A DNA stretch of 64,000 nt, taken from NCBI GenBank assembly GCA_036337225.1, contig JAYZEP010000004.1, positions 1,252 through 65,251 of the forward strand, given 5' to 3'. Below, one piece after another: positions 30,329 through 40,042 of the stretch (position 1 is its first letter; the number at the start of each line of letters is the position of its first letter). This DNA is from Thermodesulfobacteriota bacterium. Its GTDB lineage: Bacteria > Desulfobacterota_D > UBA1144. The notes beneath the pieces are model-generated. The model ran no database searches and was not told the origin of the DNA. It saw only the letters and a list, made by a program, of their open reading frames with translations. Made by a program: the position numbers and the translations under genes.

Positions 30329-31606
30329 ATGTCTAGAATAACTTACCTAAAAGGAAGACAGATTCTTGATTCCCGCGGAACACCTACAGTTGAAGTAGAT
30401 ATGAGCTTGGATAATGGTCCGATTTGTAGAGGATCGGTTCCGTCCGGTGCATCCACAGGGTCGCATGAAGCTATAGAACTTAGAGATAACGACACCAACA
30501 AGTTCAATGGCAAGAGTGTTTTTATGGCTTTGGAAAATATAAATTTAGTAATTTTATCTTCTGTAAAAAATCGAGATTTTGATTCTCTAGCTGATTTTGA
30601 TTCCTTTCTAGTGGAACTAGATGGTACTAAAAACAAGTCTCGACTTGGTGCAAATGCAATTCTTGCATGTTCAGTAGCATATTTAAAATGTTTGGCAAAG
30701 AGTCTAAATAAAGAGGTTTACGAGTTTTTGAATCCAAATGGCCCTTATTATCTCCCTGCACCATTAATGAACATAATTAATGGTGGAGCTCATGCAAATA
30801 ATGGTTTAGATATTCAAGAATTTATGATTGTCCCAGCGGGCTTTGAGAGCTTCTCGGATTCTCTTCAAGCAGGGGTTGAGACGTTTATCAATTTAAAAGA
30901 GATTCTCCAGGCAAATGGATATTCAACAGCCGTAGGTGACGAAGGCGGTTTCGCCCCCAGTCTAAAATCGAACGAAGAGGCTTTAGAATTAATCGCTGAA
31001 GCAATTAACAAAGCAGGGTATCGACTAGGGAAGGATATATATTTAGCTCTCGACGTTGCCGCTTCAGAAATATACAAAGACAGAAAATATAAAATTGATA
31101 AACAACTCCTGCCATCTGAGAAGATTATTGAATATTACAAAAAAATAATTTCTACCTATCCAATTATTTCCATTGAAGATCCTTTCCATGAAGATGATTG
31201 GGATGCTTGGTCTAGCCTAACACAAACGGTCGGCAGCGCGGTCCAAATAGTTGGTGATGATTTATTTGTCACAAATGAAGAAAGATTAAGAATGGGTATT
31301 GAGCAAAAAGCTGGTAATAGCATCTTGGTAAAAATCAATCAGATAGGGACAATATCTGAAACTTTAAAAACAATTGAGCTAGCAAAAGAAAATAATTACT
31401 CATATATCATATCTCATAGATCTGGGGAAACCGAGGACACGATAATATCCGATATTGCTGTTGCGACCGCATCAGGACAAATAAAAACTGGGTCATGTTC
31501 TAGGACAGATAGGACTGCAAAATACAATCAATTATTAAGAATTGAAGATTTTCTGGGGAAAAAATCTAAATTCGCGAAATTATCCACTTTTCATACTGGA
31601 TACTGA
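30329..31606 (+). CDS. eno: Enolase
   Basis: 425 aa with ILDSRGTPTVEV, VGDDLFVTN and SHRSGETED. Confidence 0.97.
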   Translation: MSRITYLKGRQILDSRGTPTVEVDMSLDNGPICRGSVPSGASTGSHEAIELRDNDTNKFNGKSVFMALENINLVILSSVKNRDFDSLADFDSFLVELDGTKNKSRLGANAILACSVAYLKCLAKSLNKEVYEFLNPNGPYYLPAPLMNIINGGAHANNGLDIQEFMIVPAGFESFSDSLQAGVETFINLKEILQANGYSTAVGDEGGFAPSLKSNEEALELIAEAINKAGYRLGKDIYLALDVAASEIYKDRKYKIDKQLLPSEKIIEYYKKIISTYPIISIEDPFHEDDWDAWSSLTQTVGSAVQIVGDDLFVTNEERLRMGIEQKAGNSILVKINQIGTISETLKTIELAKENNYSYIISHRSGETEDTIISDIAVATASGQIKTGSCSRTDRTAKYNQLLRIEDFLGKKSKFAKLSTFHTGY

Positions 31607-31628
31607 TTAGGTATTATAATATTTTCAA

Positions 31629-33047
31629 ATGAAACCTAAAACACTGTTCGAAAAAATTTGGGGGAATCACGTAGTTTACGAAGAGGAAGGTAAGCCAACA
31701 CTTTTATATGTCGAGCTTCATTTAGTCCATGAGGTAACCTCACCACAAGCATTTGAAGGTCTAAGAGAAAGCAAAAGAAATGTACGAAGAGCTGATTTGA
31801 CATTTGCCACCATGGACCACAACGTCCCAACTATTAATAGAAATACAATTGATGACCCAGTTTCCGCACAGCAAATTAAAACTCTTCGAGATAATTGCTC
31901 TGAGTTTGGCATTGAATTATTTGACTTATCAAGTCCGTATCAAGGCATTGTTCATGTAATTGGTCCCGAGCAAGGACTAACAAGACCTGGTATGACTATA
32001 GTATGTGGAGATAGTCATACATCAACTCATGGTGCTTTTGGATCTCTTGCGTTTGGCATTGGAACCAGTGAGGTTGAACACGTATTGGCAACACAGTGCC
32101 TATGGCAGAACAAGCCAAAAACCTTTGAAGTAAAAGTCAACGGGGTAAGACCAAGGGGTGTCACCGCAAAAGATATAATTCTTAGCATTATCGGAAAGAT
32201 AGGCACTGCTGGTGCAACTGGAACGGTTGTCGAATATAGAGGGGATACAATTTCATCTTTATCGATGGAGCAAAGAATGACAATCTGCAATATGTCCATA
32301 GAGGCTGGTGCCAGAGCCGGCATGATTGGTCCCGACCAGATAACTTTTGATTATCTGAAAGACAAGCCTAGAATTAAAGACTTAGAGAACCTAGATGACC
32401 TGTTTAGTACTTGGTCCAAGCTATCTACTGATGAGGGAGCGGAGTTCGATAAATCAATCACATTAGATGCTACCAAGGTCGCTCCACAGGTAAGCTGGGG
32501 TACAAGCCCTGGAATGGTAACGGGCATAACTGATTCTATTCCTAATCCAAAAAACGAAGAAGACCCAGTGAAAAGGAAATCGATCGAGGACGCATTAGCT
32601 TACATGGACCTAGAGCCTGATACCCAAATTCAAGATATTAAACTTGATACAGTATTTATTGGTTCGTGTACCAATTCGAGAGTTGAAGATTTAATTGCTG
32701 CTAGCAAGGTTGTTAAGGGGAAAAGGGTTTCGTCAAATATTAATGCTATAGTTGTTCCTGGTTCCCAACTTGTCAAATATGAAGCGGAAAAGTTGGGTTT
32801 AGACAAAATATTTAAAGAAGCGGGTTTCGACTGGAGAGATTCTGGATGCAGTATGTGTTTAGGGATGAATCCCGATCAATTATCCCCAGGAGAGCGATGT
32901 GCTAGCACCTCTAACAGAAACTTCGAAGGTAGACAAGGTAAGGGTGGCAGAACGCACCTAGTTAGCCCAATAATGGCTGCTGCTGCTGCAATCAACGGAA
33001 GATTTGTTGATATCAGATCGTACGATATAGATTTTGGAGAATACTAG
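31629..33047 (+). CDS. leuC: 3-isopropylmalate dehydratase large subunit
   Basis: Aconitase-family Fe-S ligand motifs [19 protein letters not shown] and CSMCLGMN, plus [12 protein letters not shown]. Confidence 0.95.
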   Translation: MKPKTLFEKIWGNHVVYEEEGKPTLLYVELHLVHEVTSPQAFEGLRESKRNVRRADLTFATMDHNVPTINRNTIDDPVSAQQIKTLRDNCSEFGIELFDLSSPYQGIVHVIGPEQGLTRPGMTIVCGDSHTSTHGAFGSLAFGIGTSEVEHVLATQCLWQNKPKTFEVKVNGVRPRGVTAKDIILSIIGKIGTAGATGTVVEYRGDTISSLSMEQRMTICNMSIEAGARAGMIGPDQITFDYLKDKPRIKDLENLDDLFSTWSKLSTDEGAEFDKSITLDATKVAPQVSWGTSPGMVTGITDSIPNPKNEEDPVKRKSIEDALAYMDLEPDTQIQDIKLDTVFIGSCTNSRVEDLIAASKVVKGKRVSSNINAIVVPGSQLVKYEAEKLGLDKIFKEAGFDWRDSGCSMCLGMNPDQLSPGERCASTSNRNFEGRQGKGGRTHLVSPIMAAAAAINGRFVDIRSYDIDFGEY

Positions 33048-33049
33048 TT

Positions 33050-33646
33050 ATGGATAAATTTCAAAATGTTTCTAGTTGCCCTACCCCTCTTGATTGTGCC
33101 AACGTCGATACCGATCAAATAATACCCAAACAATTTTTAAAAAGAATAGAAAAAACTGGTTTCGGAGAATTCTTATTCTATGATTGGAGGTTTAATGATA
33201 ATGGATCTATAAAAAAGGACTTTATCCTCAATCAAGAAAAATTCACTAAGTCAGAAATTTTACTGGCAAGAGACAACTTCGGGTGTGGCAGCTCAAGAGA
33301 ACATGCTCCTTGGGCATTAAAAGACTATGGATTTAGAGTAATAATCTCTACTTCTTTTGCAGACATCTTTTATAATAATTGCTTCAAAAATGGGATACTA
33401 CCTATTGTAGTAAGTAACGAAAGTTTGCAATATTTATTTCACAGTAGTTATGAAATAGACAATTACCTACTGGATGTCAACCTTAAAGAAAGTACGATTA
33501 AGGATAATAATAATTTCAGTTATGGATTCGAAATCGATGAGTTTAGAAAAAAATGTCTTTTGGAAGGACTAGACGATATAGCATTAACCCTTGTACATTC
33601 TAAAGAATTAGATCAATTTGAGAAAAAATTAAAATCTATTAAATAA
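33050..33646 (+). CDS. leuD: 3-isopropylmalate dehydratase small subunit
   Basis: 198 aa with NVDTDQIIPKQFLK and GCGSSREHAPWAL. Confidence 0.94.
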   Translation: MDKFQNVSSCPTPLDCANVDTDQIIPKQFLKRIEKTGFGEFLFYDWRFNDNGSIKKDFILNQEKFTKSEILLARDNFGCGSSREHAPWALKDYGFRVIISTSFADIFYNNCFKNGILPIVVSNESLQYLFHSSYEIDNYLLDVNLKESTIKDNNNFSYGFEIDEFRKKCLLEGLDDIALTLVHSKELDQFEKKLKSIK

Positions 33647-33838
33647 GTACACTACTACAGATAAAATCAAGCTAATTAATATAGAGGTTCCAATAGGAAG
33701 AAAGAGGGTAAAATTGTCTTTCTCGATTTTTATATCTAAAGGTATTTTCTTTGACCAAAAAACCGTAATAAGCTCATAAGTTAGGCCAAATACTACTAAA
33801 AATACTCCTGCTATGATTAGCAGTTTGCTAAATGACAC
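33629..33838 (-). CDS. Small two-TM membrane protein, DUF2905-like
   Basis: 69 aa: hydrophobic N-terminal helix, central PLDIKIEKDNFTLFLPIGTSILIS, and a C-terminal helix. The pattern resembles DUF2905 (GDI.IE..NF.FYFP..TS). It overlaps the leuD 3' end by 18 nt. Confidence 0.5.
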   Translation of the reverse strand: MSFSKLLIIAGVFLVVFGLTYELITVFWSKKIPLDIKIEKDNFTLFLPIGTSILISLILSVVVYLFNRF

Positions 33839-33874
33839 AAAAACATTTTAAACTAAATATTGCTGAGTAATCAA

Positions 33875-35227
33875 ATGAAAAGAATAAAGCTTAATCAAAA
33901 AATCAATCTGACACAAAAAAGCTTCCTAAGCCCAAAGTCAAGACTTTTTGTAAAATTTATTAACCTTAATTTAAGTGAGATTAATGAAATAATTGAAAAA
34001 GAGCTGACAGAGAACCCATGCATTGAGGAGGGAGTTGACGAGAACTCCGTAGAACTTGAAAATTTTGATAATCTTACAGCTAGGCAGCACGAAATAGGGA
34101 CAAACGAGTTTAATGAAAACATCGTTGAGGATAAGAGCGCAAACCTTTTTGATTATCTGTTAATGCAATTAAATCTTCTAGATACAAACGAGGATGACAA
34201 AAAAAGTCTGTATGCCATTATTCGCTTGTTGGATGATGACGGATTTTTGAAGTATAAAAATCACGAGATTGCGGATGTCATTAAAGAACAAGCCAGTGTT
34301 GAAATTGATAATATAAAAATAGAAGAGCTAATATTAAAAGCTCAAAGAATTTTCGATCCCCCAGGAATTTTCACCAGGTCTGTTAAAGAATCTTTGATTC
34401 TTCAACTTGAATTATCAAACAATGAAGATTTGCCAATATATTCAAAGATTATCAATAACCATCTGGAAAATTTAGCGGATAAAAAATTCAACATAATAGC
34501 TAAAGATATGCATATAAAAACTGCTATAGTTAAAAATTGTCTTAATATAGTTTCCGAGTTAGAACCAAAGCCAGCAAGGGTTTTTATAAAAATCAATAAC
34601 CAAGAATTTGACAGCGAGCCTGAAGCTTATATTTATCAGACTGACAAAGAACTCGTAGTTCAGGTAAATAAAAATTTCAAAAGTATTAGGATATCCCCGT
34701 ATTATCAAAACATGATGGGTCAGGCAAACAAAATAGATAGCGAGGTTATGAATTACGTAAAATCTAAAATAGATGATGGAAAAACACTAATGAAGACAAT
34801 TTTAGAACGGAATGCTATTTACAACAAAGTTCTAAAAGTAATAGTAGATATACAGCATGACTATATAATCAAAGGAGACAGATTTCTTAAGCCTTTAACA
34901 TTATCTGATGTCGCATCAATTGTAGGCTCACATGAATCAACGGTAAGTAGAATTACTAGTAATAAGTTCGTAAGCACGCCAAGAGGTTTAATTAATCTAC
35001 GGAGCTTCTTTAGCAATAAAATTGATAGCCAAGATGAAACTTCCTCTGTAGCGGTGAAAGATATGATTGACGAACTAGTTAGGACCGAAGATAAAAAGAA
35101 CCCTTGTTCTGATGAAGAGTTGAAAAAGATTTTGGAGAAAAAAGGAATAAATATATCAAGACGAACTATTGCAAAATATAGAAATATACTTAAAATACCC
35201 TCATCATTCAAAAGGCGTAACAAATGA
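33875..35227 (+). CDS. rpoN: RNA polymerase sigma-54 factor RpoN
   Basis: C-terminal RpoN box SRRTIAKYR and HTH SDVASIVGSHESTVSRI. ATG 33875 gives an N-terminus colinear with E. coli MKQGLQLRLSQQL...; the ORF-track start at 33860 is a TTG. Confidence 0.9.
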   Translation: MKRIKLNQKINLTQKSFLSPKSRLFVKFINLNLSEINEIIEKELTENPCIEEGVDENSVELENFDNLTARQHEIGTNEFNENIVEDKSANLFDYLLMQLNLLDTNEDDKKSLYAIIRLLDDDGFLKYKNHEIADVIKEQASVEIDNIKIEELILKAQRIFDPPGIFTRSVKESLILQLELSNNEDLPIYSKIINNHLENLADKKFNIIAKDMHIKTAIVKNCLNIVSELEPKPARVFIKINNQEFDSEPEAYIYQTDKELVVQVNKNFKSIRISPYYQNMMGQANKIDSEVMNYVKSKIDDGKTLMKTILERNAIYNKVLKVIVDIQHDYIIKGDRFLKPLTLSDVASIVGSHESTVSRITSNKFVSTPRGLINLRSFFSNKIDSQDETSSVAVKDMIDELVRTEDKKNPCSDEELKKILEKKGINISRRTIAKYRNILKIPSSFKRRNK

Positions 35228-35682
35228 AATTGTCAACATTGATTAATCCAGAATTGATATTCCCCAATTTAATCGAAAACAACAAAAAGGCTTTGCTATC
35301 CTCCCTAATTGATAATCTTTGTCTCACCGATAGTTCGTTGAAAAGCTCAACAATTAATCAACTAATTCTAAAGAGAGAAGAACTTTGCAGTACTGCTTTG
35401 GATAATTATGTTGCAGTGCCTCATGCAAGAATACCAGGTATATCAAAGACTTACGCTTGTATCGGTATTTGTCAGAAAGGAGTAGACTTTGGCTCTATTG
35501 ATGAGCTTAAAACCAAAATATTCATTCTAATACTGCATCCCGAGAATGCGGGCAATTTTCATTTGGAAATTCTAAGATCAGTTGCAACCATCTTTGGACA
35601 AAAAGATATCGTGGAAGAAGTTCTAAGTAAAAATAATAAAGATCAAATATTTCAAATTATTAAATCTAATGAGCAACAATAA
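35224..35682 (+). CDS. ptsN: PTS IIA-like nitrogen-regulatory protein PtsN (EIIA-Ntr)
   Basis: 152 aa with the phospho-His motif VAVPHARIPG. It follows rpoN directly, with an ATGA overlap. Confidence 0.85.
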   Translation: MKLSTLINPELIFPNLIENNKKALLSSLIDNLCLTDSSLKSSTINQLILKREELCSTALDNYVAVPHARIPGISKTYACIGICQKGVDFGSIDELKTKIFILILHPENAGNFHLEILRSVATIFGQKDIVEEVLSKNNKDQIFQIIKSNEQQ

Positions 35683-36154
35683 GAACAATACGAACTCTGT
35701 AAGTCAACATGGCGTCCTAATTAGTCTATACAATATAGGAATTCTTTTAATTGGAAAAAGTGGTATTGGCAAAAGCGAATGTGGGATTGAACTTTTAAAT
35801 AAAGGAGCACGCCTTATCTCTGATGATATAGTCATAATAGAAAAAATTCGGGGATCTCTTATTGGTAAATCACCAGATACCATCAAAGAGCTAATAGAGA
35901 TAAGAGGTATTGGGATTATCAACGTCAGAGAAATATTTGGCTCTAATGCAATAGAAAACGAATCAAAAATCGATCTCGTTATCGAATTGATTAGTTTTAA
36001 CGAGAACCATGATTATGAACGATTGGGGTATGACACCACCTTTATGAATATTCTCAATATTGAAGTCCCAACTATGCAAATTCCAGTTAGTCCAGGAAGA
36101 AATTTGTCTACATTGATTGAAATAGCTGCTAAAAAATTTATTGTTGAAAGATAG
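35669..36154 (+). CDS. hprK: HPr kinase/phosphorylase, short form (C-terminal catalytic domain only)
   Basis: 161 aa with HGVLISLYNIGILLIGKSGIGKSECGIELLNKGARLISDD (P-loop) and IEIRGIGIINV. It lacks the ~130-aa N-terminal domain of full-length HprK. Confidence 0.82.
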   Translation: MSNNKNNTNSVSQHGVLISLYNIGILLIGKSGIGKSECGIELLNKGARLISDDIVIIEKIRGSLIGKSPDTIKELIEIRGIGIINVREIFGSNAIENESKIDLVIELISFNENHDYERLGYDTTFMNILNIEVPTMQIPVSPGRNLSTLIEIAAKKFIVER

Positions 36155-36190
36155 CTTTATAAAGAATCTTTAATACATTAGACTGTAAGA

Positions 36191-36586
36191 ATGTTTAATA
36201 TACTAATTATTACCCATGGTCCACTTTGCGAAGAATTGAAATCATCGGTGGAGTTTATACTAGGAGATAAAATCGTCAGGGAAATTTTTACAATTAGTAT
36301 CAACGAAGATTCCAGAGATTTTGATACGTATGCGAACAAAATATCCAATTTTTTAATAGAAGATAAAAAGACCATTATCTTTACAGATATGTTTGGCGGA
36401 ACACCATCAAATATAAGCTTGGCCTATTTTGAAAAAGGCTCAGTAGAAATAATTTCGGGGGTCAATCTACCCATGCTCATCAAAGCAGCAACGCTTGAAG
36501 GGTGTGAATCCTTTGAAGAAGCAGTTAAAATAATTAAAAATTCTGGGCAAGAAAATATAATTGCCGCAGGAGATTTAAATATTTAG
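36191..36586 (+). CDS. PTS EIIA component, mannose/fructose family
   Basis: 131 aa. The N-terminal ILIITHGPLCEEL matches the EIIA-Man phospho-His10 motif (THG), and DMFGGTPSN is present. Confidence 0.8.
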   Translation: MFNILIITHGPLCEELKSSVEFILGDKIVREIFTISINEDSRDFDTYANKISNFLIEDKKTIIFTDMFGGTPSNISLAYFEKGSVEIISGVNLPMLIKAATLEGCESFEEAVKIIKNSGQENIIAAGDLNI

Positions 36587-36589
36587 ATT

Positions 36590-36913
36590 ATGTCGCAATT
36601 AGATTATGAAGAGATATTAGCTGAGTGGTCCAAAGTATACCTAAAGGATGCTTATGCGGATTGGTCAATCGAGGTAGATCCATCAATAGACAAGGACTTC
36701 GCTGCAATCGCATTATTTATAGATTACAGGACCGCTAAATCAGCAGGAGAAACTACAGATATACACCAGGGCTTTAAAAAAGCATCGCTACTTATACTAG
36801 ACTTGCTTGAAATTCAAATAGTTGACGACCCAGAAAATAAGATTATAAGATTAACGGGAAAGCAATCCGATAGAATAAGAGATAAAGAGCTTGCTAAAGA
36901 AATCTGGGGCTAA
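36590..36913 (+). CDS. Hypothetical acidic protein (107 aa), no family recognised
   Basis: The ORF starts 3 nt after the EIIA-Man stop, and its TAA overlaps the next ATG (TAATG), so it is operon-embedded. I could recognise no HPr/NPr His-15 or Ser-46 motifs. Confidence 0.5.
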   Translation: MSQLDYEEILAEWSKVYLKDAYADWSIEVDPSIDKDFAAIALFIDYRTAKSAGETTDIHQGFKKASLLILDLLEIQIVDDPENKIIRLTGKQSDRIRDKELAKEIWG

Positions 36914-37725
36914 TGAGCATATTAAAGAACTACGACGGTTTTATTCTTGATCTCGATGGTGTTATTTATCTAGGTAATAAATTAATTCCTCATTCAAGAA
37001 AATATGTGGAGAGAATAAATCGGCTTGGAACAAAATATGTCTTCGTTACTAATGACTGTAGGCTCTCAGCCTCACAGTACTCGCAAAAACTTAGAAATTT
37101 TGGCATACCCTGCACTAAGGAACAGGTAATCACACCCTTGTCAGTTCTGCTAGATAAATTAACAAACAAATCACCAAGGAAGATACCTGGAGTTCTGGCT
37201 TTCACAAGCAAAAAAGTTAGAAGAGATTTAAAAAGGAATAAGGATATAAAAATTCTTAACCCTGAAAATGATTATAAATCTGCACAAATAGTTCTAGTTG
37301 CTGGTAGTCAAGATTTTAATTATATGGATCTTATGTATGCTTGTCTCGGAATACAACATGGGGCAACTTTTTACACAACTAGCAAGGATTATACGTTCCC
37401 ATCGAATTATGGTTATCTCGTCCCTGGGACAGGTGCCATAGTTGCCGCAATTGAAAAAGCCACTGGCGCAAATGCAATCAACTTAGGAAAGCCTTCAAAG
37501 ACGATATTTGATATTGCAGTCAAATTTTTAGGTTTAAAAAGATCCAAAATTCTAATGATTGGTGACAATATTCAAACTGATATATATGGGTCAAAACTAT
37601 CAAGAATAGACTCCGCCCTTGTGCTGACGGGAAAAAACCACATCAAAGACTTAAAAAACGTTAGGTTTAGACCTAAGTTTATTCTAAAGAATTTAAAGGA
37701 AGCTTTTGACAGTAAAAATTCTTAA
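36913..37725 (+). CDS. HAD-superfamily hydrolase, subfamily IIA (NagD-like)
   Basis: 270 aa with the motif I sequence FILDLDGVIY, plus GKPS and MIGDNIQTDI. Confidence 0.8.
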   Translation: MSILKNYDGFILDLDGVIYLGNKLIPHSRKYVERINRLGTKYVFVTNDCRLSASQYSQKLRNFGIPCTKEQVITPLSVLLDKLTNKSPRKIPGVLAFTSKKVRRDLKRNKDIKILNPENDYKSAQIVLVAGSQDFNYMDLMYACLGIQHGATFYTTSKDYTFPSNYGYLVPGTGAIVAAIEKATGANAINLGKPSKTIFDIAVKFLGLKRSKILMIGDNIQTDIYGSKLSRIDSALVLTGKNHIKDLKNVRFRPKFILKNLKEAFDSKNS

Positions 37726-37734
37726 GGCAATAAT

Positions 37735-38967
37735 CTATTTTTTTTGCCCTTGAACCAGGCATACCATTTTTCCTGAATGTTTATTTTCGTACATTAATTG
37801 ATGTGCTTTCGGGATTTCATCATAATTAAACACCTCAGATACAACTGGACTGATCAGACCTTGGTGAACTAGTTCGTTGGCTCTTACGCACTCTAAAGCA
37901 TTTGCAAAATGTGAACCTATAATATCTTTTTGCAACATCCATAAATATCTAACATCAAACATGCAGTCATATCCAGATGTACCCGCGCAAATAACAACTC
38001 TTCCAAATCTTTCACAGACAAATACACTAGTAGGAAAAGTTGTTGCTCCAGGATGCTCAAAAACTACATTAGGACTTTTTCTTTCTCCTAGTATTTCCCA
38101 TATTCTTTTACCAAAGTTCTTCATTTCTTGAAATCTTAATTTACTTTGTTCTTCAGTTTCGTCTTTTTTGTATGGAAGGTTGGGGAAGTCTTTTCGATTA
38201 ATTACACCCACAGCACCAAGATCTTCGCACATTTTAAATTTATCGTTGGATGAAACTACCGCAACAGCTTTTGCTCCCATCATCTTACAGATTTGCAGAG
38301 CGAACACCCCCAGTCCGCCTGCGGCTCCCCAAACAAGTACAACTTCGCCTGGTTGTATATTAGCCTTTGTAATTAACATTCTATAAGCGGTAAAGTAACA
38401 AAGCGCATATGATGCGGCATCTTCCCAAGATAAATGTTTTGGTTTTTTTAATATTTGTTGCGCTTGAACTCTTGTAAATTGAGCAAAGCAACCATTGGGT
38501 GTCTCATAGCCCCAAATTTGTGCTTTTTTACTGACCATTGGGTCATAACTTATAAAATCGGCATTGCTTTGTGTCATGTTTGAATGTGATTCTTCACTTT
38601 CAACACCACAGTGAATAATTACTTCATCTCCCTTCTTCCAGCTTTTAACGTTCGAGCCTACATCCCAGACAATGCCAGAGCAGTCACTGCCGGCAATATG
38701 ATGGTCCTGCTTATGTACATCTAAAACTGAAATTGGCTCTCCTAAACCAGCCCAAACTCCATTAAAATTAATTCCAGTGGCAACGACTAAAACTAAAACA
38801 TCATTTGGGGCACATTCCGGTACCGGCATTGTTTCTTCTTGAAATGACGTCATAGGTTCTCCATGGCGCTCTTTCCTTATAACCCATGCCCTCATAGTTT
38901 TTGGTTTAAAATCTAAATCTTCTGGTATTACTCCAAGTGGTAACGGATCTGAATGACTCATCGACAA
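37735..38967 (-). CDS. ccr: Crotonyl-CoA carboxylase/reductase
   Basis: 410 aa, colinear with my recollection of Rhodobacter Ccr: MRAWVIRKERHGEP, GINFNGVWAGLGEPISV, HHIAGSDCSGIVW, WGYETPNGCFAQFTRVQAQQ, VFEHPG, DVRYLWMLQK..GSHFAN. Confidence 0.85.
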   Translation of the reverse strand: MSMSHSDPLPLGVIPEDLDFKPKTMRAWVIRKERHGEPMTSFQEETMPVPECAPNDVLVLVVATGINFNGVWAGLGEPISVLDVHKQDHHIAGSDCSGIVWDVGSNVKSWKKGDEVIIHCGVESEESHSNMTQSNADFISYDPMVSKKAQIWGYETPNGCFAQFTRVQAQQILKKPKHLSWEDAASYALCYFTAYRMLITKANIQPGEVVLVWGAAGGLGVFALQICKMMGAKAVAVVSSNDKFKMCEDLGAVGVINRKDFPNLPYKKDETEEQSKLRFQEMKNFGKRIWEILGERKSPNVVFEHPGATTFPTSVFVCERFGRVVICAGTSGYDCMFDVRYLWMLQKDIIGSHFANALECVRANELVHQGLISPVVSEVFNYDEIPKAHQLMYENKHSGKMVCLVQGQKK

Positions 38968-38971
38968 CTCC

Positions 38972-39991
38972 TTACTTATAATCAGAACTTGACGTATACA
39001 AATTCATGGCTTCTCTTATAAGTTCAATATTATTTTTAGTAATCTCTCTAGCTCTTCTAGAGCCTTCAAAAATTATATCTGGTATTTCATCTTTATTCTT
39101 TAAAATTTTTGATCGTCTTTCTCTAATAGGATCAAGGAAATTATTTACATGAGCAATTAAAGATTTCTTAATTTCTACATCACCAATTTTTCCCTTTTTG
39201 TATCTATCTTTAAAATCTGTCAACTCTTCCTTGTTGGAATTAAAAATATCATGATATATAAATACTGGATTCCCTTCTACCCTTCCAGGTATGTCGGCAC
39301 TAGTTCTATTTGGGTCAGTAAACATCTTCATGACCTTCTTCTGAACTTCTTTTTTAGAATCACACAAATAAATACAATTACTTAATGACTTACTCATTTT
39401 GCTTTGACCATCAATCCCAACTAATCTTGAATGTTGACTTATCAATGGCTCAGGTTCTTTAAATATTTCCTTATAATTCGAATTGAATTTTCTTGCTAAT
39501 TCACGTGCAAGCTCAACATGGCTTAATTGGTCTTCACCCACTGGAACTTTAGAGGCATTAAAAATAAGAATGTCAGAGGACATGAGTATCGGATACGACA
39601 GAAGTCCTAGCGAATAATTCTCGTTGAGATTCAAATCTGATATCTTCTCTTTTAAAGTCGGGATTCTCTGGACTCTTGGTACGGAGCACAACATAGACAT
39701 AAGAACCGTCAGTTCAGTTATTTCCGGGATAATCGATTGAAGATAAAAACAAGACTTAGTCGGATCAAGACCGACAGATAGCCAATCGATAACCAATTCC
39801 GTAATATTCTCTTTTAATTCATCGACTCTACTTTGATGAGTGGTAAGCATATGTAAATCAGCTATAAGGAAAAAGCAGTTGTAAGAATCCTGCAGGGTCA
39901 GTCTGTTCTCCAACGTTCCAACGTAATGTCCTAAATGCAAGTTTCCTGTAGGCCTATCACCTGTAACCAAAATCTCATTATTTTTTTTCAT
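38972..39991 (-). CDS. trpS: Tryptophan--tRNA ligase
   Basis: Class-I HIGH-like motif GNLHLGHY and KMSKS. At 339 aa it is of TrpRS size. Confidence 0.93.
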   Translation of the reverse strand: MKKNNEILVTGDRPTGNLHLGHYVGTLENRLTLQDSYNCFFLIADLHMLTTHQSRVDELKENITELVIDWLSVGLDPTKSCFYLQSIIPEITELTVLMSMLCSVPRVQRIPTLKEKISDLNLNENYSLGLLSYPILMSSDILIFNASKVPVGEDQLSHVELARELARKFNSNYKEIFKEPEPLISQHSRLVGIDGQSKMSKSLSNCIYLCDSKKEVQKKVMKMFTDPNRTSADIPGRVEGNPVFIYHDIFNSNKEELTDFKDRYKKGKIGDVEIKKSLIAHVNNFLDPIRERRSKILKNKDEIPDIIFEGSRRAREITKNNIELIREAMNLYTSSSDYK

Positions 39992-40042
39992 GAATTTATA
40001 ATTTAATATGATATCTTAGGATTTTTAATAAGAAAGTAATCA

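Noticed and set aside
36590-36913. The 107-aa ORF, considered as a divergent HPr/NPr because of its position after EIIA-Man.
   Set aside because: It has no His-15 (xxHARPA) or Ser-46 (GKSxNxKS) contexts, and it is longer and more acidic than HPr. It is kept as hypothetical (see findings).
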